Assembly (NCBI GenBank): GCA_037441385.1
Contig: JBBISH010000096.1
Location: 1-25,348 of the forward strand
Source of the DNA: Myxococcales bacterium
GTDB taxonomy: Bacteria; Myxococcota_A; UBA9042
Reading direction: 5' to 3'
Length of the DNA stretch: 25,348 bases
Made by a program: the position numbers and the translations under genes. The notes below the pieces were generated by a model that saw only the letters and a list, made by a program, of their open reading frames with translations, was not told the DNA's origin and ran no database searches. Below, piece after piece: positions 12,038 through 21,900 of the stretch (positions within the stretch are counted from its first letter, which is position 1; every line of letters begins with the position of its first letter).

Positions 12038-12784
12038 TCACGGCCGGCTGTGCCACGACGCAAAGTCGCCGAACGGCTGGATCTCGGCCGCGTGCGAACG
12101 CCGGATCAGGCCATTGAGGGTCTTGCTCGGCCAATTCTTCTGGATCAGGTTGACTACCCAACCCGGCAGCCAGCCTTTGGGATCGGTGTGCACCTCGACC
12201 AGCATCTTGACCTTGTCCTGGCCTTTGATCGCCTCGAACCGGTAATAGGTCTGCGCCACTTGGGCGCGCACACAGCAATCGTCCACGGGCGCCCGCGGGT
12301 GATCCACCGATCGAATCCGGGCCACAAACGTACCGGTGCTCGGATCCGCTTCGCCAATCGCCTTCAGGACATAGTCGCGATCGCTGATCCCGGGCGGCAG
12401 CTTGAACTGAATCCAGTAGGTGGTGTGCATCGGATCGATGGGCTCGAGCTCGCGGCTGTCCGCATAGCGGTCGATCCAGTACTTGCGCTGCGCCTTGTCC
12501 AGAAACACGGACACCAATTTGCCCATGTTCACGTCGGCCACTACCTCGCCCCGGAAGGCGAACACGTTGGAATCAGGAACTTCCTTGCGCCACACCTTCA
12601 CGCCATCGATCAGGCCCAGCGACTCCCAGGCCTCGCCGGCCAACGCCGTGGCGGGGACCCAAATCGCGAGCGCTATCAGGGCCCACTTCAGGCTCTGCAG
12701 CCCCAGGCGCGCGCGCCCGCCCAGGCCGGCCCACGCGCGGCCGCCGCGGCGATCTGCGTTGCGAAAAATGCCTTGCATCTCCAT
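12038..12784 (-). CDS. START (StAR-related lipid transfer) domain protein with N-terminal signal/TM segment
   Basis: W....DGVKVW.K, AFRGE, W.D, P..ISDRDYV, VRA and [13 protein letters not shown] are typical of bacterial START proteins. SD AAAGGGAG precedes the ATG. Confidence 0.85.
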   Translation of the reverse strand: MEMQGIFRNADRRGGRAWAGLGGRARLGLQSLKWALIALAIWVPATALAGEAWESLGLIDGVKVWRKEVPDSNVFAFRGEVVADVNMGKLVSVFLDKAQRKYWIDRYADSRELEPIDPMHTTYWIQFKLPPGISDRDYVLKAIGEADPSTGTFVARIRSVDHPRAPVDDCCVRAQVAQTYYRFEAIKGQDKVKMLVEVHTDPKGWLPGWVVNLIQKNWPSKTLNGLIRRSHAAEIQPFGDFASWHSRP

Positions 12785-12824
12785 GGCTCCCTTTGGTCTT
12801 GCCTTCCCGCGGCGCCTAGCGCGA

Positions 12825-13877
12825 CTACCCGTGGGGCAATTGCTCGCGCTCTACGGCGCGATCCAGCACCCGCACGGCCGCCTGCTCCAGCGTGGCCGCC
12901 ACCCAATTCTGCAAGCGGTCGCCCAGGGCTGCCTGCGGCCTCCACCGCACTTGCAGCAACTCGGCATCGCGACTCGCGTCCAGCAACCAATCATCGCTGG
13001 TTTGCAGCGCGTCCACCAGCCCCATTTCCAAGGCGCGCCTTCCGTACCACGTTCGCCCGTCGGCGACTTCGTCCAAATTCAACTGCGGACGGAACTCGGC
13101 AATCCAATCCTTGAAAAGGACGTGGATATCCTCTAGCTCCTGCTGCACCTGCTGACGGCCATCGCTGTTGTTCTCGCCGAACATCGTCAGCGACCGTTTG
13201 TGCTTGCCCGCGGTCAGTAGCTCGAAGTCGACGTCGTGCTTCTTGAGGAGACGATTGAAATTGGGCAGTTGCATGACGACGCCAATCGAACCCATCACGG
13301 CAAACGGCGCGGCGACAATGCGATCGGCCACGGCCGCCATCATGTAGCCGCCGCTGGCCGCGACCTTGTCCACCGCGACTGTCAGCTTCAGGCCGCGCTG
13401 CCGGAGCCGCTGCAGCTGAGCCGCCGCCAGGCCGTAGCCATGCACCGCGCCGCCCGGGCTCTCCAGCCGGAGCAGCACCTGATCGTTCTCGCCGGCAGCC
13501 GCGACAATCGCCGTGATCTCTTGACGCAAGCTGGCGACTTGCGACGCGCGCAGGTCGCCGTGGAAGTCGAGCACGAACACCCGGCTGTGGGGGGCCGGCT
13601 TGGCGCCCTTGGACTCGCCCCCTTTTCGCTCCGCCTTGTCCTTTTCGGCGTCGGCCTTGTCCAGTGCCTTGAATTCTTTGGCAGACATCGTCCGCTGTTG
13701 GATTGTGCGCGCCAAATGCCGCAAGCGCCGGTCCAGGCGGCGCACTTCCAGGTGGTCGGGTTCGCCGTGGCGACGCCGGCTGCCCATCGCGAACAAGCGC
13801 GCCACTACCAAGAAAATCACAACCGCGACCGTCAGGGCCTCGGCCAAGAATAGCCCGTACTGACTAAGAAAGTTCAA
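12825..13877 (-). CDS. sohB: Inner-membrane S49 peptidase SohB
   Basis: The N-terminus (TTG)NFLSQYGLFLAE resembles the SohB start. Also VFVLDFHGD..ASQV..LR.EITA, LRLESPGG.VHGYGLAA.QL.RLR, VDKVAASGGYMMA, GSIGVV.QLPNFNRLLKK and TAGK.KR.LT.FGEN. TTG start at 13877 inferred by homology. Confidence 0.92.
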   Translation of the reverse strand: MNFLSQYGLFLAEALTVAVVIFLVVARLFAMGSRRRHGEPDHLEVRRLDRRLRHLARTIQQRTMSAKEFKALDKADAEKDKAERKGGESKGAKPAPHSRVFVLDFHGDLRASQVASLRQEITAIVAAAGENDQVLLRLESPGGAVHGYGLAAAQLQRLRQRGLKLTVAVDKVAASGGYMMAAVADRIVAAPFAVMGSIGVVMQLPNFNRLLKKHDVDFELLTAGKHKRSLTMFGENNSDGRQQVQQELEDIHVLFKDWIAEFRPQLNLDEVADGRTWYGRRALEMGLVDALQTSDDWLLDASRDAELLQVRWRPQAALGDRLQNWVAATLEQAAVRVLDRAVEREQLPHG

Positions 13878-14016
13878 TGGACACCGCCTGGGCCTGGCCA
13901 GCTTGGCCAAGGCGAAGTGGGGCGAAAAATGCCAACGCCGACGCGTTCGTACTGGCGAGGCAGCCCCGCGGGGCGTGCTTGGCGAGCTTTGAACGTGCCG
14001 GCGCCGAGGCAAGAAA

Positions 14017-14162
14017 CCAGGGCTTGGAGTCGCAGGCAGAACCCTGGACCATGCAGTCCAGGTGGGAATCAGTGCGCGGGTCGGCCCTTCCACTGGCAGC
14101 GCCGTTTGGACACCGCTGGACCCCGGGTGGGGTAGGGCGACGCCTTGGGCCAAAGACCCTGG
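14017..14162. ncRNA. Candidate structured RNA (unassigned) in the long intergenic region upstream of sohB
   Basis: Closing stem CCAGGG/CCCTGG plus GGAGTCGC/GCGACGCC encloses four hairpins. No known family confidently recognised. Confidence 0.3.
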
Positions 14163-14277
14163 AATCACCCCCAGTCTGTCGGGCGGCGGGTGGCTTGAGC
14201 GTCACCGCGTCGAGCCCAATTCCCTTTGATTTTCAATACGGTCCCCGGGCAACGCCCGCGACCCCAAAGCCAATTGC

Positions 14278-14305
14278 AGGATAGTCCGCCTGCCGTGGCG
14301 CGCAA
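14278..14305 (-). promoter_or_regulatory. Possible sigma70 promoter ~400 nt upstream of sohB
   Basis: TTGCGC (14305-14300), a 16-nt spacer, then TATCCT (14283-14278). Same -35 hexamer and spacing as the metH candidate. Confidence 0.35.
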
Positions 14306-14336
14306 GAGGAAAAGTGGCGCCCGCTCGATTTCTTTG

Positions 14337-15764
14337 TCACGGCGCCAATACGTCGCTGGCGACCTTGCCGTCGATGCCGGCCGGCATCTGCAGGCCCAGC
14401 AGGCGCGCCAGAGTCGGTGCCACGTCCAAGGCCCTGAAGTCACTGGATGTCTTGCGCGCCACCACGCCGGGGCCTGTCAAGACGAACACGCCCCGCAAGT
14501 CGCTGTGGCTGGGCAGGTAGCCGTGGCCGCCGCTGCTGATGCGCCCTTTGGGCGCCGGCTTGCTGCCGAACCAGCCCTGCACGTTTGGCTTTAGAAGAGC
14601 AATAAAGTCGGGCAGATTAGTGTCCAGATCGGCCGGTCCCAACCCCAGTTCGTCGTATTCGCCGGGCTCGATGATGCGCTCGACCGCGCCCTCGCCGCCC
14701 AACCACGTGCGCGCTTTGGCCAAAGCCTGATCGACCGGCCGCGCCTTGGCCTTCTGTCCCTTTGGGTCGGCCGCTGGCGGGTTGTCCAGCGGCGAGCTGC
14801 GGCCCTTGCCGTACACGAAAACTGCTTGGCCGTTGATGGCAAAGCGCAGCAGATTTCGCTCCTTTGGCTTCATCTTGGTATGGGCGAGCTCGCTCAGGGG
14901 GCCAAAAGCCTGATCCAACGGCAAAAAGCCGTGGTCCGAGACCAGGCAAATGGCCAAATCGTCGGCCAGGCCCGCTTGCTGGTAGGCCGCCAGCACGTCG
15001 CCGACGTAGCGATCGACCAGCTCAAGACCCCACCGCGGCTCGATCACCTCGGGGCCGTAGCTGTGCGAATAGGTGTCGACCGACAGGAAGTGCAAGAGCA
15101 GCAGCCGCGGCTTCTCGGTCGCGACCAGCCAGCGCGCCACGTCGCGCGTCCAACTGTCGAGCAAGAAGGCCTCGTCGCCGCCCAGGCGGGCCATGTGCCC
15201 CGCGGGTACGCCGACTTCGCGCTCGATGCGCCCGAGCAGGCCCTTGCTGGTACCGCCGCTAAAGGCTTGAGTTCCATAGACCTCGGGTACATTCCAGTTC
15301 AGCGTTGGGTCCTTGGACGTTTGCGGCCACAGCAGCGCGCCAGTGCTCCACCCCGCCGCCGCGGCCACCTGCCACAGGGCGGTCGCGCGGTTCAGGCTGC
15401 GGTCGCGTTGCCACGTCTCGACCACGTCGTCGCGCTCGCGGTCGTAATAGCGATTGCCCAAGACGCCGCTGCGGGCCGGCACCACTCCCGTCACCAGGGC
15501 GGTGTGCGCCGCCCAGGTCATCGAGGGGAACACCGTCTGCAGCGGGGCCGACACGCCGCGCTGCACCAGCTTGCCCAGCGTGGGTAGGCGCGCCAGGTTG
15601 CCCTGCAAATGCCGCCACGCCAGGCCGTCGATGCTGATCAGCAGGAGCCGTGCAGGCTTGCTGCCTGCCTCTGCCGGCCGCGCCGCCAGCGCGAGGCCCA
15701 TCAGCACACCGACTGCCAGGGTCAGCCCGGTCCGCACCGCCGTCGATCGCCCCATGCACCCCAT
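14337..15764 (-). CDS. Exported nucleotide pyrophosphatase/phosphodiesterase (NPP, alkaline phosphatase superfamily)
   Basis: Signal peptide ending AEA; LISIDG; PSMTWAAHTALVTG (catalytic Thr region); D.YSHSYGP; VSDHG; GGHGY; DVAPTLA. Start at ATG 15764 or 15755. Confidence 0.88.
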   Translation of the reverse strand: MGCMGRSTAVRTGLTLAVGVLMGLALAARPAEAGSKPARLLLISIDGLAWRHLQGNLARLPTLGKLVQRGVSAPLQTVFPSMTWAAHTALVTGVVPARSGVLGNRYYDRERDDVVETWQRDRSLNRATALWQVAAAAGWSTGALLWPQTSKDPTLNWNVPEVYGTQAFSGGTSKGLLGRIEREVGVPAGHMARLGGDEAFLLDSWTRDVARWLVATEKPRLLLLHFLSVDTYSHSYGPEVIEPRWGLELVDRYVGDVLAAYQQAGLADDLAICLVSDHGFLPLDQAFGPLSELAHTKMKPKERNLLRFAINGQAVFVYGKGRSSPLDNPPAADPKGQKAKARPVDQALAKARTWLGGEGAVERIIEPGEYDELGLGPADLDTNLPDFIALLKPNVQGWFGSKPAPKGRISSGGHGYLPSHSDLRGVFVLTGPGVVARKTSSDFRALDVAPTLARLLGLQMPAGIDGKVASDVLAP

Positions 15765-15882
15765 CCTTGCCCCACCCTGCCAAGCGCACGGCGAGCCGTC
15801 CGCCGTTGCTGAATTCTGGCTGATCCGCCGCAAAATCGCTATGCTTGCCCGGCCGAGCCGGCGGGGCTGCAGGCGAGGGTAG

Positions 15883-17985
15883 ATGGCGGGATCGCAGAAA
15901 ACAAGTGGCGGGCCAAGCGTTTGGCTGCCGATCGCCGGTGTCGCGCTGGGACTGACGATGTTCTTTGGCGTCTACCGGGTCCGCCTGGGCTGGATGCTGT
16001 ACGCCGACCCGGAGATGCAGGCCCCGTACCCGTTGGGGGTGGCGATGGCGGGAGCCTGGCAAGACGCCGCGACCGTGGCTGGCTTTGCGCTGCTGGTGGG
16101 GGCGGTGGCGTGGCTGCTGCGGCGTTGGCTGCGTTGGCCCTGGCTGCGCCTCGCGATCGGCTCGGTCGCGCTGCTGCCGCTTCTGGTGGCGCTGGGATCC
16201 AACTGCCAGACCCACATGCGGAGCGTGCGGGCGCTGCACTGCGGCTTGAACTGGGGGCTGCTGCAAGAAACTTGGGATTCTGGCGAGTTGGGCGCGGTGC
16301 TGACCCAGGCCGGCTGGGCAGACCTGGCAGCCACCCTGGCCCCTGCGCTGTTGGTGGCCGCTGCTTGGGCCGTGCTGCGTGCCCGATCGCCGCGCTGGTC
16401 GGCAAGCGTGCTGGGGCTGCCGGTGATTTGGGCCGGCCTGTCGTGGGTGCTGGCCCATCCCTGCCCGGCGGACCAGCCTGCCGAGCTGAGCGACTCGCCG
16501 CTGGCCTACACGCTGGGCGACATCGCGGTCCACTTGCCAGAAGTCGCCAAGAAGCTCAGGCATGTAGCCCAGCAGACCCACCACGCGCCCAAGGCCGATA
16601 GCCCGGCCGGACCCGCTGGTGCGGCCCAGTTGGCGGGCGCCGCGACCGGCGAGGTCGACGATGGCGGCGACGACGACGAGGTGGCCGTGGCCGCTCCCGA
16701 CGGGCTGCGGATGATCGAGCTGCCCTACGCGGCCTCGGCCACCGCAAGCAAGCAACTACCTCCGGTCAAAGGCAAAAAGTGGAATATCGTCTGGGTCGTC
16801 ATGGAGTCGACCGGGCGGCGCTATCTGCAGGGCGACACCCCTAAGGGCTTGCAACCGATGCCCTTCCTGGCTGAAAACCTGGCCAAGCGCGGCTGGTGGC
16901 TCAGCCGGCATCGTTCGCCATCCAATTCGAGCGCGACCAGCATTTTCGCCCAGATGTCGGGGCTGTATCCCTCGCCGTCCACACGGATGTTTTCCGTGCA
17001 GAAAGACAACTTTGTGCCCACTTTGTTCAACTACCTGGGCGACAGCTACGAGCGCTTCTTGGTGACGCCAGGCAAGCTCAGCTTCTTCTTTCCGCGGGCG
17101 TTCTTGCAGCATGGCGGCCTGGGCGAGCTACACGGCTACGACGAGCTCAAGCACATCAAGACCGTTCAAAGCGAGAACTTCGTCCGGAACGAAATCGACA
17201 CGATGAGTTTCTTTTTGGAGCGTTTGGACAAGGCGCGTCCGCCCTTTGCCGCCGTGTACTACTCGTTTTCGCCGCATTGGGAGTACGTGGATTATGGGCC
17301 GCAGTACCGCAAGTTTGCTGGCTCGCGGCCGCTGGATCGCTACCTGAATGCGCTCTACTTGCTGGACACCCAGCTGCAGCGGCTTGTTGAACACCTTGAA
17401 AAGACGGGGCTACTCGACTCCACGATCGTGGTCATGGCCGGCGACCACGGCGAGGCCTTTGGCCAGCACGAGAAGAACTGGGCCCACAGCCGCGCCAGCT
17501 ACGAAGAGAACTTTGCCACGCCGGGTCTGTTGCTTCAGCCGCAGCTGTTTCCGCCCAAGGTGGTCGAGCGCGACACCTTGCACATCGACCTAGTGCCGAC
17601 CGTCCTGGACGCCTTGGGCGTGCCCTACGACGATGCCTTGGTGCAGGGTGAGTCGCTTTTCCAAGGCGAATTACGGCGCAAAGTTCAGTTCTTCTGGGGC
17701 AACGAGAACACACTGTCGGGGCTGTTCGACGGGCGCTGGAAGGTGCAGTGGGCAGTGGGTGACAATCGCTGCTGGGCCTTTGACCTGCAAAGCGACCCGC
17801 GCGAAAAGACACGACTCGGCTGCCGCGACCAGGGCGACCGCTGGGAGTTGCTCAAGAAGTATCGGGATCGTCAGCGGGCGGCCATCAGCGCGTACAGTGC
17901 CGCGGTGCGCGACGGCCAGCTCTACGGGTCACATCGGCCACCGGCGACGGCAGCGGCCAAGCCGGGTTCGCAAGGGGCGAACTAG
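15883..17985 (+). CDS. LTA-synthase-family / sulfatase-fold membrane protein
   Basis: About five N-terminal hydrophobic helices followed by NIVWVVMES, SNSSATS...MSG, PHWEY, YLNAL...D, GDHGEAFGQH, DLVPTVLD and FDLQSDPRE. SD GAGG precedes the ATG. Confidence 0.85.
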   Translation: MAGSQKTSGGPSVWLPIAGVALGLTMFFGVYRVRLGWMLYADPEMQAPYPLGVAMAGAWQDAATVAGFALLVGAVAWLLRRWLRWPWLRLAIGSVALLPLLVALGSNCQTHMRSVRALHCGLNWGLLQETWDSGELGAVLTQAGWADLAATLAPALLVAAAWAVLRARSPRWSASVLGLPVIWAGLSWVLAHPCPADQPAELSDSPLAYTLGDIAVHLPEVAKKLRHVAQQTHHAPKADSPAGPAGAAQLAGAATGEVDDGGDDDEVAVAAPDGLRMIELPYAASATASKQLPPVKGKKWNIVWVVMESTGRRYLQGDTPKGLQPMPFLAENLAKRGWWLSRHRSPSNSSATSIFAQMSGLYPSPSTRMFSVQKDNFVPTLFNYLGDSYERFLVTPGKLSFFFPRAFLQHGGLGELHGYDELKHIKTVQSENFVRNEIDTMSFFLERLDKARPPFAAVYYSFSPHWEYVDYGPQYRKFAGSRPLDRYLNALYLLDTQLQRLVEHLEKTGLLDSTIVVMAGDHGEAFGQHEKNWAHSRASYEENFATPGLLLQPQLFPPKVVERDTLHIDLVPTVLDALGVPYDDALVQGESLFQGELRRKVQFFWGNENTLSGLFDGRWKVQWAVGDNRCWAFDLQSDPREKTRLGCRDQGDRWELLKKYRDRQRAAISAYSAAVRDGQLYGSHRPPATAAAKPGSQGAN

Positions 17986-18000
17986 CTGCGTAGCCCTGGC

Positions 18001-18720
18001 TTACTTGAGCTCGGCGGCGCCCTTCTGCGCGAAACGAATGGCGTCCTGGATCAAGAGCACCAGGAAGTTGTTGAAGAAGTCCGCCTGGTTCAGGCCGGCC
18101 TCGCACACCAGCGTGGAGTCCAGCAGGAAGAAGGGCTGCTCGCCGGGCTGCATCAGGCTGACCTTGTTCAAGAAGTGCTCGTTGTTCCAGTTGTTCGAGA
18201 AGATCAGCGCGCGCGCCAGACCCGCGTCGCCCGACGGCAGCGCCAGCTGGAGCGGCACCACGGCCTGGATGGCCCACACGTTGTTGTTGCTGGGCTTGAC
18301 CCGAGGAATCAGGATGATATTGAAATTCACACCCTGAGCGTCGTCGCGGAACGGCACGATCACGCGGCCTTGCTCGTCGGCCACATGCTTGATGTTCAGC
18401 GCGGTGAACCACGCCACGATAGCTTCCTTGGACGGCGCGACGGTCGGCGCCGGCTCGCCGCGCTTCCTCTTGACTTCCAGGGCAGACGGCGACGCGCCCG
18501 CTTCCACCTTCTGCGGCAGCAAGCCACTGAACATCTTGTCGCCGGGGGTCAGCTTGGCGGGCGCCGCGGGCTCGGCCTTGGCCGGTTCCTTGGCGGGTTC
18601 AGCCTTGGCGGGCTCCTTGGCGGTGGCCTTGGCCGGGGCGCCGGCGAAGACGGGCGCGGCGGCGAGCAGGGTGGCGGCAGTGCAGGCGGCGATGAGGACG
18701 CGGTGACGACGAACGTTCAT
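18001..18720 (-). CDS. Exported protein with Ala/Pro/Lys linker and C-terminal YbjN-like domain
   Basis: Signal peptide ending VFA and a GGAG SD. The C-terminal pattern SNNWNNEHFLNKVSL...LDSTL....GL resembles YbjN/T3S-chaperone-like domains (recognised from memory, not searched). Confidence 0.6.
   Translation of the reverse strand: MNVRRHRVLIAACTAATLLAAAPVFAGAPAKATAKEPAKAEPAKEPAKAEPAAPAKLTPGDKMFSGLLPQKVEAGASPSALEVKRKRGEPAPTVAPSKEAIVAWFTALNIKHVADEQGRVIVPFRDDAQGVNFNIILIPRVKPSNNNVWAIQAVVPLQLALPSGDAGLARALIFSNNWNNEHFLNKVSLMQPGEQPFFLLDSTLVCEAGLNQADFFNNFLVLLIQDAIRFAQKGAAELK
18568..18621 (-). repeat. Intragenic tandem repeat encoding (AKEPAKAEP)x2
   Basis: Seen in the translation; the nucleotide copies differ at synonymous positions. 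Confidence 0.75.
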
Positions 18721-18968
18721 GAGATTCTCCCTATCGGCGGTAGGGCGCCGATTCCCGTTGTACGCACCAGATCGCGCTCTGCTTCGAGCGAATCGGCCGA
18801 CTGGTGTCGTCTATCTGGCTGGGTTCAAGCGCGCGTGCGCGATCCGCACCCCAGCTCGCCTTCCCCCTTGATGGCCGGCCACTGTAGCCAAGCGCGAGGG
18901 AAAAGGCAACGAAAAGGCCCAGCCCGGCGATGCCGTGGGCCCGTGCGAGACTTGGACGCGCGAGGCGC

Positions 18969-21900
18969 CTATTTGACCCAAAGTGCGACGTTGTCGACGC
19001 CGAACGATTCGTCGCCCGCGTCTTGGTCCAGCGTGCTCGTCACGGTCACGGTCACGGTGGCGCCAGAGTGCGGGCCGGAAAAGGCCACGCCCCACTCGTC
19101 GTCGGTGTACGCGTTGTCGCCGCAGACATCGCCGTCGTGGAACAGGGGATGCCAGGCGCCCGTGCCCTTCTTGGTCCAGACGTTGTTGCCGTCGACCTGA
19201 ACCACGCCGGACTCGCCGTCCCACGAGTCGATGCGCACGTAGGCCAGGGCGAGTTTGACTTGGCTGTGGGCGGGTGCTGCGACTTTTTTGCTGGTCAGTG
19301 CGCCTTTGCCGAACTGATTGGCGCCGCCCAAGATCGGGCCGTAGCTGCCGCAGCCTTGGACGCTGCCGGCCGACCAACCCGCCGCTGAGCCCGTGTCGAA
19401 CGTATCGAAGATCAGCAGCACCCAGCCGCCCCCCTTCATGTCGCAATAGTACTGCGCCGCGGGCTGTCCGCCCGGGCCGTCGACGTCGAGCCAGTAGTTG
19501 CCGTCGCCGCTGGTGGGATCCAGCCCCAAGATCTCGACGCAAGTGGCCGCAGGCGCTGCGGCGACGGTGCCTTTCTTGGCGCAACCCTTGCCCACCGCGA
19601 CCAGCGGGCTGGGGCAGGTGCACGAGAAGGAGCCAGGCTTGTTCACGCACACGGCCGTCGCCTCGCAACCCGCGGTGCCGTTGGCACATTCGTCTACGTC
19701 GCTGCAGGTGGCGCCCTCGAATCCTGGTTTGCAGGTGCACACGTACGAGCCGACCGTGTTGGTGCAAGTGGCGTTGGCGCTGCAAGTGTTGGCGACGGCG
19801 CACTCGTCGACGTCGACGCAAACGTTGCCATTGACTTGGAAGCCAGGTTGGCACGGCGTGCACACGGCCTTGCCTTGGCTGTCCGAGGTACAGGTGTGGT
19901 TGGCTGGGCAATTGGTGCTTCCGTCCGCACAGGCGTCGGCAAAGACGGCCACGTTGTCGACGAACCAGCCCAGCTGTCCGGCGGCGCACGGGCCAGAAAA
20001 TGCAAAACGAATCTGCAGTTGCTTACCCGCCATGCCGGTGATGGGGAATTGGACCCCCGTCCAACCGCTGCCCGTCGGGGCGGCGACGCTGCCCAACGCG
20101 ATCCACTCGCCGCCAGAAATGCGCGCTGCGACCGTGGCGACGTGCTGCGGGGTCCAGCTGCCGCCGCTGTCAAAGCGTACGGCCAGCGGCTTGCCCACGG
20201 GCACGGCCGCAGCGTCGAGCCACGGCGACAAAGCGTAGGCGTCGACCAGGGTTTGGCCGCTACTGCAACTCAAGTCCTTGCCGTTGTTGATGTTGAGCGA
20301 GCAGGTTCCGTTGGCGACGAGCTCGGGGCTGTTGTCGAATCCCCAGCGAACGGCACTGGTTGGCAAGGCCCAGTCGCTGCGTTGCCACAGGGCCAAAGTG
20401 GCGGTGGCGTCGCACGCAAGGTCGGTGACAAAGGGCAACGGCACCACCCCGCAGACCGTGCTGGCGACCAGATTGTTTTGGCAATTGCCGGTGGTGATGT
20501 CGCACGCGTCGTCGGTGCAAGCAAATCCGTCGTCGCAACCTTTGGGCACGGTCAAGCACGCGCCAGCGCTGCAAATGTCGCCTGTGGTGCACGGGTTGTC
20601 GTCGCTGCACGGGTCGCCGGTGTTGGCGTGCTTGCAGCCACTGGCGGGGTCGCAGCTGTCGGCTGTGCAGGCGTTGCCGTCGTCGCAGTTGACGGCCGCG
20701 CCGGTACAGGTGCCGCCCGCGCACGCATCGGCCGCCGTGCAGGCGTTGTTGTCGCTGCAAGCGGCGCCGGCATTCTTGGGCGCGAGTGCGCACTTGCCGC
20801 TGCTGGGCTCGCAAGTGGCGGCGGCGCACACGCTGTCGGCCTTGGGGTCGCACACCACCACGGTGGCCGGGTTGACGGTGCAAACAGCCGGAACCTTGGC
20901 CTTGTTGCAGTAGAGCGTGCCGTTGCACAAGTTCCCGTCTTCTTTGGCGACGCAGTCGCTGTCGGCGCTGCAGGGGCACGCATTGCCTTGGGTGGCTACG
21001 CAGGCACCGGCCTTGCAGGTGTCGCCTGCGGTGCAGACGTCGCCGTCGTCGCAGGTGCCCCCGTCGAGCGCGGTGTGTTGGCAACCTTTGGCGTTGTCGC
21101 AGGAATCGCCGGTGCAGGGGTTGCTGTCGTCGCACGACACGGGAGCGCCCGCGCACGTCCCGTCCAAACAGGCGTCGCCGGCCGTGCAGGCGCTACCGTC
21201 GTCACAAAGCGCGGCCTGGGGCACGCCCGCACACTTGCCCAGACTGCAGGCGTCTTTGGTGCACGGGTTGCCGTCGTCGCACGCGGCGCCTTCGTCGGTC
21301 TGGCCATTGCAGTCGTCGTCCAGGCCGTTGCAGATTTCTGCCTTGGGTGTGGCGGCGCTGCAGGCCGACAGACCGTTTTCGCCGCAGATCCGCGTGCCTG
21401 CGCAAATGGCGGTCGCGCCGCTAGGGAGCGTCACTTCAACAGAGCATGCCGTGGACTTGCCCAAGGCGGCCGCGCTACACGTGCACAGGCCCGTTGTGGG
21501 CACGCAGTAGCCGCCGGTCAGTCCGTCGGTGCCTGTCGCCTCGCTGCAGGTCGCGCCGGTTGGGCATTGGCTGTCGTTCTTGCACGGCGGAGCGCAGAAG
21601 AAGCCCTGGCCTTGGGCGCCGGGCAGGCCAATACAGGCGGCTTGGGGCGCGCCCACGCCGGTACACGCGCTGGACAGTTCGCACGGGTCGCAGAAAGTCG
21701 CCCACTTGGGCGCGCAGACGGCGATGTCGTCATCGCTGGTGGTCGTGTCGGCGCCGGGCAGGGTGAAGCAGGCGGTGCCCTTGGCGCAGGGCACGTCGGC
21801 CACGCACGGAGCGGCACACGCGGGGCCCTTTGCGCTGGCCAGACACGCGCCGGATCCGCACTCGCTGTCCAGTTTGCACGGGCAGCCGGGATCGCCAGGG

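Noticed and set aside
13878..14168. N-terminal extensions given by the ORF track for sohB (also metH 11917-12063, lolD 3490-3576, NPP 15765-15833)
   Set aside because: The extensions are low-complexity, overlap neighbours or precede the family-typical N-terminus. Downstream starts fit homology better.
13900..14290. tmRNA, RNase P, SRP or cobalamin riboswitch identity for the sohB upstream region
   Set aside because: GGGGGTGATT and AAAGGGAA give superficial matches, but there is no tRNA-like 3' end, no GAGGAAAGTCC, no SRP domain IV motif and no B12 box.
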